A stretch of 32,000 bases of DNA, taken from the NCBI RefSeq assembly GCF_017876815.1, contig NZ_JAGIOS010000002.1, positions 30,001 to 62,000 on the forward strand, written 5' to 3'. Each line of letters starts with the position of its first letter. Position 1 is the stretch's first letter. The translations under genes and the position numbers were made by a program. Shown here in pieces: positions 7,166 to 16,412 of this stretch. The notes beneath the pieces are model-generated. The model did no database searches and had not been told where the DNA came from. It worked only from the letters and a program-made list of their open reading frames with translations. This DNA comes from Sinorhizobium meliloti (GTDB lineage: Bacteria; Pseudomonadota; Alphaproteobacteria; Rhizobiales; Rhizobiaceae).

Positions 7166-8128
7166 CTATTGCGCAAGCTGAAAGGCCTGGTCGCCGACGA
7201 GGCGGCGGCGAAGCCAGGCGGAGAACTGATCGACGGCGAAGATCGTGGCGAAGAGCAGGAGGACGATCGCGAGCGTCTTCGCTTCATGCCCCTGGCCGAT
7301 CGACAGACGCAGGAGTTCCCCGATTCCGCCCCCGCCGACGGCGCCGATGATCGTCGAGGCGCGCACGTTGATTTCGAGCCGGAGCAGAAAATAGCTGGTG
7401 AAATTGGGCAGCACCTGGGGGACCATGCCGAACCAGACCCGCTCGATCCAGTTGGCGCCGACGGCACGCAGACCTTCCTCCGGTTTCATGTCGGCATTCT
7501 CGACCACTTCGAAGAACAGCTTGCCGAGCGCGCCGATCGTGTGGATCGACACCGCAGCGATGGCGGGAATAGGCCCAAGCGAAAGGATTGCCAGGAAAAA
7601 GCCGGCGATGACGACTTCCGGAAAGGCGCGCAGGATTTCCATCAGCCGGCGTACGATGCCCCTGATCCAGGGATTGGGCATCAGATTTTTCGCGGCGAGG
7701 AAGCACAGGATGAAGCCGAAGAAGACTCCGATGATAGTCGAAAAGATGGCGATGTTCACGGTCTCCAGCATCTTGTGAACATATTCCGGGATGTAGAAGC
7801 TCTCGGTCACATAGAGGCGCCCATCCGGGTAATTGTATTTGAAACTGCCGTCGTCATAGGGCGAAGGCAGGTCGAAGAGGGCGCGAATGATCTCTATCGG
7901 ATCGCGCGGCATGAGATGTCCGACGAAATCGAAGAAGTGCGGCAGCCGGTCGAAGAACTTGCCCGCGTTCGACTCGTTCGCGAACCAGAGCGAACTGAAA
8001 AGCGTCAACGCGAGAAATGCGAGACCGAGCCAGGTATAGAGACGCCGGCGATTGTTGAGCTCCTGCCAGTGACGCTCGATAAGAGCGCCGTTCTCGCTGA
8101 GGTGCCGTGTAGACACGGAAGTGGCCAT
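7166..8128 (-). CDS. phnE: Phosphonate ABC transporter permease PhnE (PhoE-like)
   Basis: Permease core ILCFLAAKNLMP, EVVENADMKPEEGLRAVGA, INVRASTIIGAVGGGGIG. I prefer the ATG at 8128 (MATSVSTRHL), because the longer ORF-track extension is Arg-rich and overlaps the phnD 3' end. Confidence 0.85.
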   Translation of the reverse strand: MATSVSTRHLSENGALIERHWQELNNRRRLYTWLGLAFLALTLFSSLWFANESNAGKFFDRLPHFFDFVGHLMPRDPIEIIRALFDLPSPYDDGSFKYNYPDGRLYVTESFYIPEYVHKMLETVNIAIFSTIIGVFFGFILCFLAAKNLMPNPWIRGIVRRLMEILRAFPEVVIAGFFLAILSLGPIPAIAAVSIHTIGALGKLFFEVVENADMKPEEGLRAVGANWIERVWFGMVPQVLPNFTSYFLLRLEINVRASTIIGAVGGGGIGELLRLSIGQGHEAKTLAIVLLLFATIFAVDQFSAWLRRRLVGDQAFQLAQ

Positions 8129-8189
8129 TGGGTTTCCGGCTGGGGGCCGGCCTCTAGAGCGCTTCCGGGAAGAGGAAGTGCGTCGTTTC

Positions 8190-8220
8190 AAAAAGTAGGA
8201 TCGTTTGATCGAGACGATCC
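8190..8220 (-). terminator. Terminator-like attenuator hairpin between phnD and phnE
   Basis: The minus strand reads GGATCGT-ctcgatcaa-ACGATCC then TACTTTTTG: a 7-bp stem plus a T5 run. Confidence 0.4.
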
Positions 8221-8253
8221 GGAGCGGCGGCTGCAGGTGCCCGATAGTCGAAC

Positions 8254-8277
8254 GCCGGCCGCAGCTTGGCGGCCGGC
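8254..8277 (-). other. Intercistronic GC-rich stem-loop just after the phnD stop
   Basis: GCCGGCCGC-N6-GCGGCCGGC is a perfect 9-bp stem, ~20 nt downstream of the phnD stop and with no U-tract. Confidence 0.5.
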
Positions 8278-8298
8278 GCAGGATGACGCGTTCGGCGA

Positions 8299-9204
8299 TC
8301 AGCCGCCGATCGTCGCCTTGCGGGCGTCGATGATCGGCTTGTAGAAATCGCTGTTGACCTCGACGAAACCGGTGAAGTCGCCGCCCTGGATGGCGGAGAA
8401 GCAGGCTGCATCGGTCTTCGGCAGATCCATCATGAACTGCTTGAACTTGGCCTTCATGTCGTCGTTCAATGCGGTACGCACGACGATCGGGCCGTTCGGT
8501 ATCAGCGGCGACTTCCACAGTTCGACGAGGTCGTTCATGTCGACGATACCTTTGTCGACCATCTTGCGCAGGTTGCCCGAGGTGTAGCCGTCCTTGAACT
8601 CGCCGACGCCCGAGCCGAAGGTCGTGCCGGCATCGAAGGTGCCCTTCACGACTTCAAGCACGAGGTTCTCGTGACCGCCGCCGAAGCCGGTCTCGCCGAA
8701 ATATTCCTTGACCGGCGCGCCGATCGCTTCCGGCAGCGTGACGAGGGGAACGAGATAGCCCGAGGTCGAGTCCGGATCGGCGAAGCCGAGCTTCTTGCCC
8801 CTCAGGTCTTCGAGCTTTGTAATGCCCGAGTCCTTGCGGGCGACCATGATCGAATGATAGCCCGTGGAGCCGTCGGTCTGGACGGTCGTCAGGATCGGCT
8901 CGACCGCGTCTGCCTTGGCGAGATAGATCTTGGCATAGCCGGAGGCGCCGAGTTCGGCGTAATCGAGCGTGCCGCCGAGGAGGCCCTGGATCACGCCGTC
9001 ATAGTCGGCCGCCGGGAAGAGGGAGACCTTCTCGACGCCGATGGCTGCCGGGAGCTGATCGACGAGGCACTGGTAGTTGCGCAGGCGGTCGGCTTCGTTT
9101 TCGCCGCCGATGATGCCGACGCGGAATTCCTTCAGGTCTTCGGCCTGTGCGTGGCCGACGAGGGCGAAAAGCGCGACCGCGCTCAGAAGAGCTTTTTTAA
9201 GCAT
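8299..9204 (-). CDS. phnD: Phosphonate/phosphate ABC transporter periplasmic binding protein PhnD
   Basis: Signal peptide MLKKALLSAVALFALVGHAQA, GGGAGAA RBS before ATG 9204, PhnD-like body (GFADPDSTSGYLVP), located between phnC and phnE. Confidence 0.88.
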   Translation of the reverse strand: MLKKALLSAVALFALVGHAQAEDLKEFRVGIIGGENEADRLRNYQCLVDQLPAAIGVEKVSLFPAADYDGVIQGLLGGTLDYAELGASGYAKIYLAKADAVEPILTTVQTDGSTGYHSIMVARKDSGITKLEDLRGKKLGFADPDSTSGYLVPLVTLPEAIGAPVKEYFGETGFGGGHENLVLEVVKGTFDAGTTFGSGVGEFKDGYTSGNLRKMVDKGIVDMNDLVELWKSPLIPNGPIVVRTALNDDMKAKFKQFMMDLPKTDAACFSAIQGGDFTGFVEVNSDFYKPIIDARKATIGG

Positions 9205-9295
9205 TGGGTTCGTTCTCCCGTTTTCCCGGACGCGCCGGGGTCTTTCTCGGTTTCGAAAAGGCGCCCTTGACGCGGGCATTCGATCGCGGCGGACC

Positions 9296-10135
9296 TTAAG
9301 GGCCGGCCAGTGCCAGCGGCTTCAAGCCGGCCGATGCTGTTTCCCGCGGGGCTTCCGCGGGGGTGTTGATGCTGGTCGAGGTCATCGACTCCTCGATCGC
9401 CGTTTCCGCGCCATAGATCGCCGCGACCGCGGCGGCGGTAAGATCCTTCGGCTGCCCGTCGAAGACGACACGGCCATGCGCCATGCCGATGACCCGCTCG
9501 CAATAGTTCCGCGCGGTATCGAGCGTATGCAGATTGGTAATCACGGTGATGCCGTCGCGCTCGTTGATGTCGCGCAGCGCGTCCATCACGATCTTGGCGT
9601 TGAGCGGGTCGAGCGACGCGATCGGCTCATCGGCGAGCAGCACCTTCGGCTGCTGCATCAGCGCGCGGGCGATTGCGACGCGCTGCTGCTGCCCACCCGA
9701 GAGCGTGCCGGCCGGCTGAAGGGCGGTCTGTTCGATCCCCAGACGCTCCAGTGCACCGATCGCCATGATGCGCTCTTCGCGGCTGAACATGTTGAGGACG
9801 CTCAGTACGGTGGATCGATGGTTCAGTCGCCCGAGGAGAACATTGGTCAGCACGTCGAGTCGAGGCACCAGATTGAACTGCTGGAAAATCATCGCGCAGT
9901 CGCGCTGCCAATTGCGCAGAGCCGCCCCCTTGAGCGAGGAGACCTGTAGGCCGGCGAATTCGATCGAGCCGGAGGAGGGGTCCACGAGACGGTTTATCAT
10001 GCGCAGGAGTGTCGACTTGCCGGCGCCGGAGCGACCGATAATGCCAACCATCTGACCCTGCGGTATGTCGAAGGTAACCGAGCTGACGGCTGTCTTCTTG
10101 CCGAACTGGCGGGTTACGTTCTTCAACTGAAACAT
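9296..10135 (-). CDS. phnC: Phosphonate ABC transporter ATP-binding protein PhnC
   Basis: Walker [10 protein letters not shown], signature LSGGQQQR, Walker B LLADEP. It is the first gene of the operon. Confidence 0.92.
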   Translation of the reverse strand: MFQLKNVTRQFGKKTAVSSVTFDIPQGQMVGIIGRSGAGKSTLLRMINRLVDPSSGSIEFAGLQVSSLKGAALRNWQRDCAMIFQQFNLVPRLDVLTNVLLGRLNHRSTVLSVLNMFSREERIMAIGALERLGIEQTALQPAGTLSGGQQQRVAIARALMQQPKVLLADEPIASLDPLNAKIVMDALRDINERDGITVITNLHTLDTARNYCERVIGMAHGRVVFDGQPKDLTAAAVAAIYGAETAIEESMTSTSINTPAEAPRETASAGLKPLALAGP

Positions 10136-10197
10136 TGGCAGCAGTTCCTCTTTCGGGGAGACCGGTCATCGGTATGACCCTGCCATATCCGCGCTTC

Positions 10198-10237
10198 ATG
10201 AAAGCGCAGTGTCAGTTTCGTGTAGGTTCTGTAACAG
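10198..10237 (-). promoter_or_regulatory. PHO box (tandem PhoB sites) in the phnC promoter
   Basis: The minus strand reads CTGTTAC-AGAA-CCTACAC-GAAA-CTGACAC-TGCG-CTTTCAT. These are four 7-mers related to CTGTCAT, on an exact 11-nt period, ~65-100 nt upstream of the phnC ATG. Confidence 0.7.
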
Positions 10238-10301
10238 TGCACAGGTGCGGTTCATGAACCTCGAACGCTTCGGCCGCAGTCATCGTGACCTGTGAGACCC
10301 G

Positions 10302-11555
10302 TCACCCCCGCAACCTGCGGCGCAGGTCGGCTTCCAACCGCGGATCGAACGGCAGCGGAAGTGCGGATTGGTCGGTGCCGAAGCCGCAGCTTTCGGCAAT
10401 CGCCTTGGCTTCACGCTTGAACTTGCCGATGGAGACTGACCGGCCCTGTTCGAGCCAGCCGGCCCCGTGGAGGATGAAATCGGCGCCGGAAAGCAACGAA
10501 GCTGCGGTCGCACGCGCGCCTTCGCTGCCGGCTTGGCCGTCGTCCATCTTAGCCGATGTGACGCCGCCTTCGCCGCGAACCGGCACGCCCAGCCGGCGAG
10601 CGAGTTGGACCGCATAGATCTGCACCAGATGCGAGGCAGGATCGCCATAGCAGGGCAGCATGCTGCGCATATCGAAGGGAATGCCGAACAGTCCCATCAC
10701 CACCGGCGCGCCCGGCGACCAGAGCTGTGCGAGGGCCAGCCCTGCCAGGACCTCGGCATATCCCTGAATCAACGTGCCTGCACCGGTCACCGGCGACGTC
10801 GCTCCCATCATCATGTAGGAGGTCACCATGCAAGCCTGACGGCGCTGCGCGATCGCGCGCAGGCACTTCAGCGGATTTTCCTTGTACGTCAGCGGCGGCG
10901 TGGCGTTGATCAGGTGCAGCAGTTCGCATTCTCCGGCCTTCGGCTCCCGCCCGACCGCCATCGAGACCGCGTCGATCACCTGTTCGGCGGCTTCCGGAGA
11001 TGCGATGGTGCCCATGAACGGTTTGTCGGACAGTGTGAGGTGGGCGAGCGCCATCTCCATGGGCCGGTCGGCCTCCGCCACATCGTTCAGCACGCAGATC
11101 ATGTGGCCCGTGTTCGAGATTGCCGGTGCCGCATGGGCCATCGAGACCAGCCGTCGGTAAATCTCCAGCGATCCGGCAGCGCGGCGGCCGTTAGGGAGCA
11201 GGACGTTCGGCGCGCCGTAGATCGGTGCGATGGCCGCAGGTTGGCCAGCGCCTATTCCGGTGTCGCGGTCCGGATTGCGGCCTCTAAGGACGAAGCTCTG
11301 CGGTGCGCTTCCCCTGATGATCTGACGCAGGCGAGACCCTTCGAGGAAAACGCGGTCGCCCTTTATGATACCGCCGTGCTCGCGCCAGAGGTCGAGCGTC
11401 TCCGGGTCGTCCTCGAACCGAATGCCGACCTCTTCGAGGACGCGATCTGCTCCCGCTTCGATTTGCCCGAGCGCCGACTCGTCGACCGTGATGATCCCGT
11501 GGCCCGTCAGGGCCGATCCGAGATCGGAACTCGAGATCGATTGCAGACCAAGCAT
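10302..11555 (-). CDS. Trimethylamine methyltransferase (MttB) superfamily protein, non-pyrrolysine type, short C-terminus
   Basis: N-terminal ALGQIEAGADRVLEEVGIRFEDDPETLDLWREHGG, plus GRNPDRD, LSDKPFMG and ILHGAGWLEQG, follow the MttB/MtgB-family pattern as I recall it. It has 417 aa and no in-frame stop. Confidence 0.7.
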   Translation of the reverse strand: MLGLQSISSSDLGSALTGHGIITVDESALGQIEAGADRVLEEVGIRFEDDPETLDLWREHGGIIKGDRVFLEGSRLRQIIRGSAPQSFVLRGRNPDRDTGIGAGQPAAIAPIYGAPNVLLPNGRRAAGSLEIYRRLVSMAHAAPAISNTGHMICVLNDVAEADRPMEMALAHLTLSDKPFMGTIASPEAAEQVIDAVSMAVGREPKAGECELLHLINATPPLTYKENPLKCLRAIAQRRQACMVTSYMMMGATSPVTGAGTLIQGYAEVLAGLALAQLWSPGAPVVMGLFGIPFDMRSMLPCYGDPASHLVQIYAVQLARRLGVPVRGEGGVTSAKMDDGQAGSEGARATAASLLSGADFILHGAGWLEQGRSVSIGKFKREAKAIAESCGFGTDQSALPLPFDPRLEADLRRRLRG

Positions 11556-11657
11556 CGGCGATTTCCAATTGGCTGGGCGCGCTGCCCTTTGTCGAGCTAG
11601 GTATCACGTCTGCGGGCGGGAATTTGTCGCGATTGCGACCCGGTTCGCGAAATTGCT

Positions 11658-12785
11658 TCAGCTCTGCAGGCGACCCGGGTCGAATTGTCGGGGATCGAGC
11701 CCTTCGGCCCGGAAGCCTGCGGGCGGTGCGGTGTCGCGCAGAAGGGTGCCCGCCAGCGCGCCAAGCGCAGGCGAAGTGAGGATCCCATAGCCGCCCTGGC
11801 CGGCCAGCCAAAAGAAATCCGGGCAGCCTGGCGCAAAACCGATGACGGGCAGCCGGTCGGGGGAAAAGCTGCGCAGACCCGCCCAGCTCTTGACGATTCT
11901 TCTTACCGGGACCGTCGTCGCCTCCTCGACGTAGTGTGCGGCCCAGGCGACGTCGATCTCCTCCGGCTGAACGTCCGATGCTTCGCACGGCGTCGCGTCG
12001 GCGGGCGAGGCGAGCAGCCTCCCTCCCTCGGGCTTCATGTAAAAGTCTTCGTCTACCTCGTTGATTTCCGGAAGCTTTGCTGCATCTATGCCTGCAGGCA
12101 GGTCGACGGTGATGGCGGTGCGCCGATGCGGGACGATGCCGCTCGGGCTTACGCCGAAGACCCCGGCAACCGGGTCCGCCCAGGCACCGGCCGCGTTGAC
12201 GACGACCTTGGCCCCGATCTCACCGGCCGCCGTGCCCAGCAGCCAGCCCGATCCATGATGCCGAGCGGCACGGATTTCATGGCGCTCGAGGATGTCGCAG
12301 CCGTTGCGGCGGGCGCCCTTGACGTAGCCCTGGAGCAGGTTCTCGACTTCGATGTCCCAGAAATTCGGGTCGTGGAAGGCGGCTGCGACATAGTCGGGCT
12401 TGAGGATCGGAACGCAGGCAAGCGCCTCGTCCTTCGTGAGCCGCTGGATTTCTGGTGTGAATTCGCGTTCTTCGGCGAGCAGCTTTTCAAATCGATCGAG
12501 TTTCCCGGCACCGGCGATCACCACGCCGCCGCGCTGCCTTAGCAGCGGCACTTCGCTAAAGCCTTCCGGCGGCCGATCGAAGAAGGCCCTCGATATCGTC
12601 GCGAGCTTGCAGATCTCCGGCGCGTTGTATCTGAGAACGAACTCGGCGGCCGAGCGGCCGGTGCTGTGATAGCCGAGCGCCTCCTCCCGTTCCAGGACGG
12701 CGACGGAACGATGCGGGCTCAGAAAATAGGCGAGCGACAAGCCGGCGATCCCGCCCCCGATAATCACGACGTCGTAGTTTGGCAT
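11658..12785 (-). CDS. FAD-dependent oxidoreductase (DAO family)
   Basis: MPNYDVVIIGGGIAGLSLAYFL Rossmann dinucleotide motif at the ATG 12785 start, with a GGGAGCGG RBS. ~375 aa. Confidence 0.85.
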   Translation of the reverse strand: MPNYDVVIIGGGIAGLSLAYFLSPHRSVAVLEREEALGYHSTGRSAAEFVLRYNAPEICKLATISRAFFDRPPEGFSEVPLLRQRGGVVIAGAGKLDRFEKLLAEEREFTPEIQRLTKDEALACVPILKPDYVAAAFHDPNFWDIEVENLLQGYVKGARRNGCDILERHEIRAARHHGSGWLLGTAAGEIGAKVVVNAAGAWADPVAGVFGVSPSGIVPHRRTAITVDLPAGIDAAKLPEINEVDEDFYMKPEGGRLLASPADATPCEASDVQPEEIDVAWAAHYVEEATTVPVRRIVKSWAGLRSFSPDRLPVIGFAPGCPDFFWLAGQGGYGILTSPALGALAGTLLRDTAPPAGFRAEGLDPRQFDPGRLQS

Positions 12786-12863
12786 GTACCGCTCCCGCAA
12801 CTTGCCGGCGGAGAATAGGGACGGTTCGGGCACCGCTCAAATTTATAGTGGAAAATGTCGTTA

Positions 12864-13817
12864 TCAATCCTGCTGATGGTAGCAATGATCCAACGCTTGG
12901 GTGTCGGCGACATGGGCGAGGAAGGCGGCTTCGGCCGGATTGAGAATGGAATTCGGATTCGAAATGCGGAAAACGTCGGTCGTCGGCAGGTCGCGATAGG
13001 GGGGCAACTGCCACAAATCTCCCGCCGCGAGGGCCTCGCTGGCGATATGGTCGGGCAGCATGCCGATCCCGACATTGGCGGCGATCAGCCGCATAACCTC
13101 CTCGACGTTGCAGGAGACGCCCCGAACCTGCTGGCCGAAGGAGCCTACGGCGCGGACTGCGGTCACGGAATTCATGTGCTGACCGCCGAGCACATCCGCT
13201 ATGAAGGCGATGTAAGGATCGCCGCGCAGATCGTGGAAATCGACACCTTCGACGCCGAAAAGCCGGTGGCCGCGGCCGCAGTAGAGCGCGTAGCGTTCGC
13301 GTATGTGGAAGCTCTTGTTCAAACCCTCCGGTATGATGCCGTCGCAGAGACCCATCGTCGCAATGTTGCGCTCGACGGCGCTCAACACGTCGACGGTCGT
13401 TGCCACCGTCATGGAAATCGTGACCTTCGGATGCATGCGGAAGAAGCTGCCGAGCTTCCGGTCCCAGGCGGGATTGTGGGCGTGGCTCACCGCATGGATG
13501 TTGAGATGGCCGGTGATCTCCTCGCCCGCCGTTTCCAGAACGTGCGGCAGGCGAATGACGGCCGCGAAGATGTCGCGGCACTGGAGGTGCAGTTTCTCAC
13601 CTGCTTCCGTCAGATCGAAACGCCCCGGACGGCGGTCGATCAGTTTCTGCCCGATGGTCTGCTCGAGCCGTTTGAGGGCCATGCTGACGGCGGGCTGCTG
13701 CAGGAGCAGCCGATTTGCGGCCGCCGTGATGCTGCCTTCCTCGACGACCACGACGAAGGTGCGCAACAGGTTCCAATCGAGATTGTGGGCGAAACGTTCA
13801 AGGCGGTTGTTGGTCAT
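12864..13817 (-). CDS. LysR-family transcriptional regulator (GcdR-like by position)
   Basis: N-terminal HTH LRTFVVVVEEGSITAAANRLLLQQPAVSMALKRLE, 317 aa. It is divergent from gcdH. Confidence 0.88.
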   Translation of the reverse strand: MTNNRLERFAHNLDWNLLRTFVVVVEEGSITAAANRLLLQQPAVSMALKRLEQTIGQKLIDRRPGRFDLTEAGEKLHLQCRDIFAAVIRLPHVLETAGEEITGHLNIHAVSHAHNPAWDRKLGSFFRMHPKVTISMTVATTVDVLSAVERNIATMGLCDGIIPEGLNKSFHIRERYALYCGRGHRLFGVEGVDFHDLRGDPYIAFIADVLGGQHMNSVTAVRAVGSFGQQVRGVSCNVEEVMRLIAANVGIGMLPDHIASEALAAGDLWQLPPYRDLPTTDVFRISNPNSILNPAEAAFLAHVADTQALDHCYHQQD

Positions 13818-13851
13818 GGTGGCCGGCGGAGCGAAAATGTACTTTATGCAT

Positions 13852-13863
13852 ATTCAGAAGAAT
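13852..13863. promoter_or_regulatory. Candidate LysR-type box in the divergent promoter
   Basis: ATTC-N4-GAAT dyad inside an AT-rich patch (TTTATGCATATTCAGAAGAAT) between the LysR gene and gcdH. Confidence 0.3.
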
Positions 13864-14004
13864 GGTCGCTTGCACAAGGCCAATCGCCAATGCGTCGATC
13901 AGATGAATCATGCAGCAGGCGCATGAGCCAGTGTCTCAATTTCGTTTGAAAGCCTTGATCCGGCTTGCGATAACACAGACGCGACAATGCGACGGGAGAT
14001 AGAG

Positions 14005-15192
14005 ATGGCCGGCAAAAGCCAATTCCAGTGGGACGATCCGTTCCTCCTCGAGGATCAACTGAGCGAAGACGAGCGGATGATCCGCGACACGGCGCGCGCC
14101 TATGCCCAGGAAAAGCTGCAGCCGCGCGTGATCGAAGCTTACCGCGAGGAGACGACGGACCCGTCGATCTTCCGCGAGATGGGCGACCTCGGCCTGCTCG
14201 GCGTGACCGTGCCCGACACCTATGGCGGCGTCGGCGCGTCCTACGTCGCCTACGGTCTCGTCGCACGCGAGGTGGAGCGCGTCGATTCCGGCTATCGCTC
14301 GATGATGAGCGTGCAATCGTCGCTCGTCATTTATCCGATTTTCGCCTACGGCTCGGAAGAGCAGAAGCGGAAGTACCTTCCGAAGCTTATCAGCGGCGAG
14401 TGGATCGGCTGCTTCGGGCTGACCGAGCCGGACGCCGGCTCCGATCCGGCGGGCATGAAGACCCGGGCGATCAAGACCGAGGGCGGCTACCGTCTGGTCG
14501 GCTCCAAGATGTGGATCTCCAATGCGCCGCTCGCCGATGTATTCGTCGTCTGGGCGAAATCGGAAGCGCATGACAATGCCATCCGGGGCTTCGTGCTGGA
14601 AAAAGGCGAGAAAGGCCTTTCCGCACCGAAGATCGGAGGCAAGCTCTCGCTGCGCGCCTCGATCACCGGCGAAATCGTACTCGACAATGTCGAGGTCGGA
14701 GAGGAGGCGCTGCTGCCGAATGTCGAGGGGCTGAAGGGACCATTCGGCTGCCTCAACCGTGCTCGCTACGGAATTTCCTGGGGCGCGCTCGGGGCGGCCG
14801 AATTCTGCTGGCATGCGGCCCGCCAGTACGGTCTCGACCGCAAGCAGTTCAACCGACCGCTCGCACAGACCCAGCTTTTCCAGAAGAAGCTCGCCGACAT
14901 GCAGACCGAGATCGCGCTCGGGCTGCAGGGCTCGCTCCGGGTCGGACGGCTGGTGGACGAAGGCCGCATGGCGCCGGAGATGATCTCCATCGTCAAGCGC
15001 AACAATTGCGGCAAGGCACTCGATATCGCACGCATGGCCCGCGACATGCACGGCGGCAACGGCATTTCCGAGGAATATCAGGTCATGCGCCACATGATGA
15101 ACCTCGAGACCGTCAACACCTATGAGGGCACGCACGACGTGCATGCGCTGATCCTCGGCCGCGCCCAGACCGGGCTGCAGGCCTTCTTCTGA
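14005..15192 (+). CDS. gcdH: Glutaryl-CoA dehydrogenase (acyl-CoA dehydrogenase family)
   Basis: [28 protein letters not shown]..., [14 protein letters not shown], and C-terminal [15 protein letters not shown], which is typical of GCDH. A GGGAGA RBS precedes ATG 14005. Confidence 0.88.
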   Translation: MAGKSQFQWDDPFLLEDQLSEDERMIRDTARAYAQEKLQPRVIEAYREETTDPSIFREMGDLGLLGVTVPDTYGGVGASYVAYGLVAREVERVDSGYRSMMSVQSSLVIYPIFAYGSEEQKRKYLPKLISGEWIGCFGLTEPDAGSDPAGMKTRAIKTEGGYRLVGSKMWISNAPLADVFVVWAKSEAHDNAIRGFVLEKGEKGLSAPKIGGKLSLRASITGEIVLDNVEVGEEALLPNVEGLKGPFGCLNRARYGISWGALGAAEFCWHAARQYGLDRKQFNRPLAQTQLFQKKLADMQTEIALGLQGSLRVGRLVDEGRMAPEMISIVKRNNCGKALDIARMARDMHGGNGISEEYQVMRHMMNLETVNTYEGTHDVHALILGRAQTGLQAFF

Positions 15193-15203
15193 GCGCCGCC
15201 GCT

Positions 15204-16388
15204 ATGGAAGCGCCGCTCAAGGGCATCCGCGTGCTCGAACTTGCCCGCATTCTGGCGGGGCCCTGGATCGGGCAGACCCTCGCCGATCTCGGCGCTGACG
15301 TCATCAAGGTCGAGAGCCCGGCCGGAGACGACACCCGGACCTGGGGACCTCCCTTCGTGACAGGCGAAGACGACGAAAGGCTGGATGCCGCCTATTTCCA
15401 CGCGTGCAACCGCGGCAAGAGGTCTGTCGTTCTCGATTTTACGACCGCAGAGGGGCAGGAGGCGGTGCGCCGCCTTGCCGCGCAATCCGACGTTTTGCTC
15501 GAGAACTTCAAGGTCGGCGGCCTCGCCAAATACGGCCTCGATTATGAAAGTCTGAGCAAAGTCAATCCGCGGCTCATCTATTGCTCGGTGACCGGATTCG
15601 GTCAGGACGGGCCCTATGCTCATCGCGCCGGCTACGACTACATCGTCCAGGGCATGAGCGGCATCATGGACCTGACGGGCGAGCCGGATCGCGAACCGCA
15701 AAAGATCGGCGTTGCCTTTGCCGATATTTTCACGGGGCTCTATGGTGTCATCGCCGTTCAGGCGGCCCTGGCGCAGCGGGAACGCACGGGCGAGGGCCAG
15801 CAGATCGACATGGCGCTGCTGGACTGCATGACGGGCGTGCTCGCCAATCAGGCGCTGAACTTTCTCGTTTCCGGCAAGGCGCCGCGCCGGCTCGGCAATG
15901 CCCATCCGAATATCGCACCTTACCAGGTGTTCCCGACCTCCGACGGGCACCTGATCGTCGCCGTCGGCAACGACCGGCAATTCGTGAAATTCTGCGAACT
16001 CCTCGGCCGACCGGACCTCGCGGCCGACGCGCGCTACCGCACCAATGCAGACCGCGTGCAGCACCGCGACAGCCTGACGCCGGAACTTGCGGCGGAAACC
16101 GCGAAATACGAGAGGGACACGCTGCTCGAAAAGCTCGAAGCGTCAGGCGTTCCCGGCGGCTCCATCAACACCGTCGCCGACGTATTCGCCGATCCGCAGA
16201 TTGTTCATCGGCAGATGCGGGTGGACACGCCGCATACCGGTGCAGCCGCGGGAACATCGCCGGGCGTCAGAACGCCGATCCGCTTTTCCGGCGCAACCCT
16301 TGCGCTGGACCGTGGCGTGCCTCGGCTCGGGGAACATACGGCGGAGGTGCTGGCGGAGATCGGAATGAATTCGCCGAAGGGCGGATAA
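15204..16388 (+). CDS. Family III (CaiB/BaiF) CoA-transferase, likely glutarate/succinyl-CoA transferase
   Basis: GIRVLELARILAGPWIGQTLADLGADVIKVE and AGYDYIVQGMSGIMDLTG are the family III signature. It begins 12 nt after gcdH. Confidence 0.88.
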   Translation: MEAPLKGIRVLELARILAGPWIGQTLADLGADVIKVESPAGDDTRTWGPPFVTGEDDERLDAAYFHACNRGKRSVVLDFTTAEGQEAVRRLAAQSDVLLENFKVGGLAKYGLDYESLSKVNPRLIYCSVTGFGQDGPYAHRAGYDYIVQGMSGIMDLTGEPDREPQKIGVAFADIFTGLYGVIAVQAALAQRERTGEGQQIDMALLDCMTGVLANQALNFLVSGKAPRRLGNAHPNIAPYQVFPTSDGHLIVAVGNDRQFVKFCELLGRPDLAADARYRTNADRVQHRDSLTPELAAETAKYERDTLLEKLEASGVPGGSINTVADVFADPQIVHRQMRVDTPHTGAAAGTSPGVRTPIRFSGATLALDRGVPRLGEHTAEVLAEIGMNSPKGG

Positions 16389-16412
16389 GTTAATTTGAGC
16401 CCTGAATATATG

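Noticed and set aside
6323-8344. 673-aa plus-strand ORF, the longest in the track
   Set aside because: It runs antisense across both phnE genes and part of phnD. The composition is dominated by R/G/D/A/E low-complexity sequence with no recognisable domain, while the minus-strand genes carry clear permease and SBP motifs.
10302-11555. In-frame amber (pyrrolysine) codon in the MttB homologue
   Set aside because: The ORF is uninterrupted with no internal UAG, and only 102 nt separate it from the upstream gene. It is a non-Pyl family member.
13936-16064. Long minus-strand ORFs (13936..15144 and 15120..16064) opposite gcdH and the CoA-transferase
   Set aside because: They are antisense shadows of two genes with unambiguous family signatures, and they have no motifs of their own.
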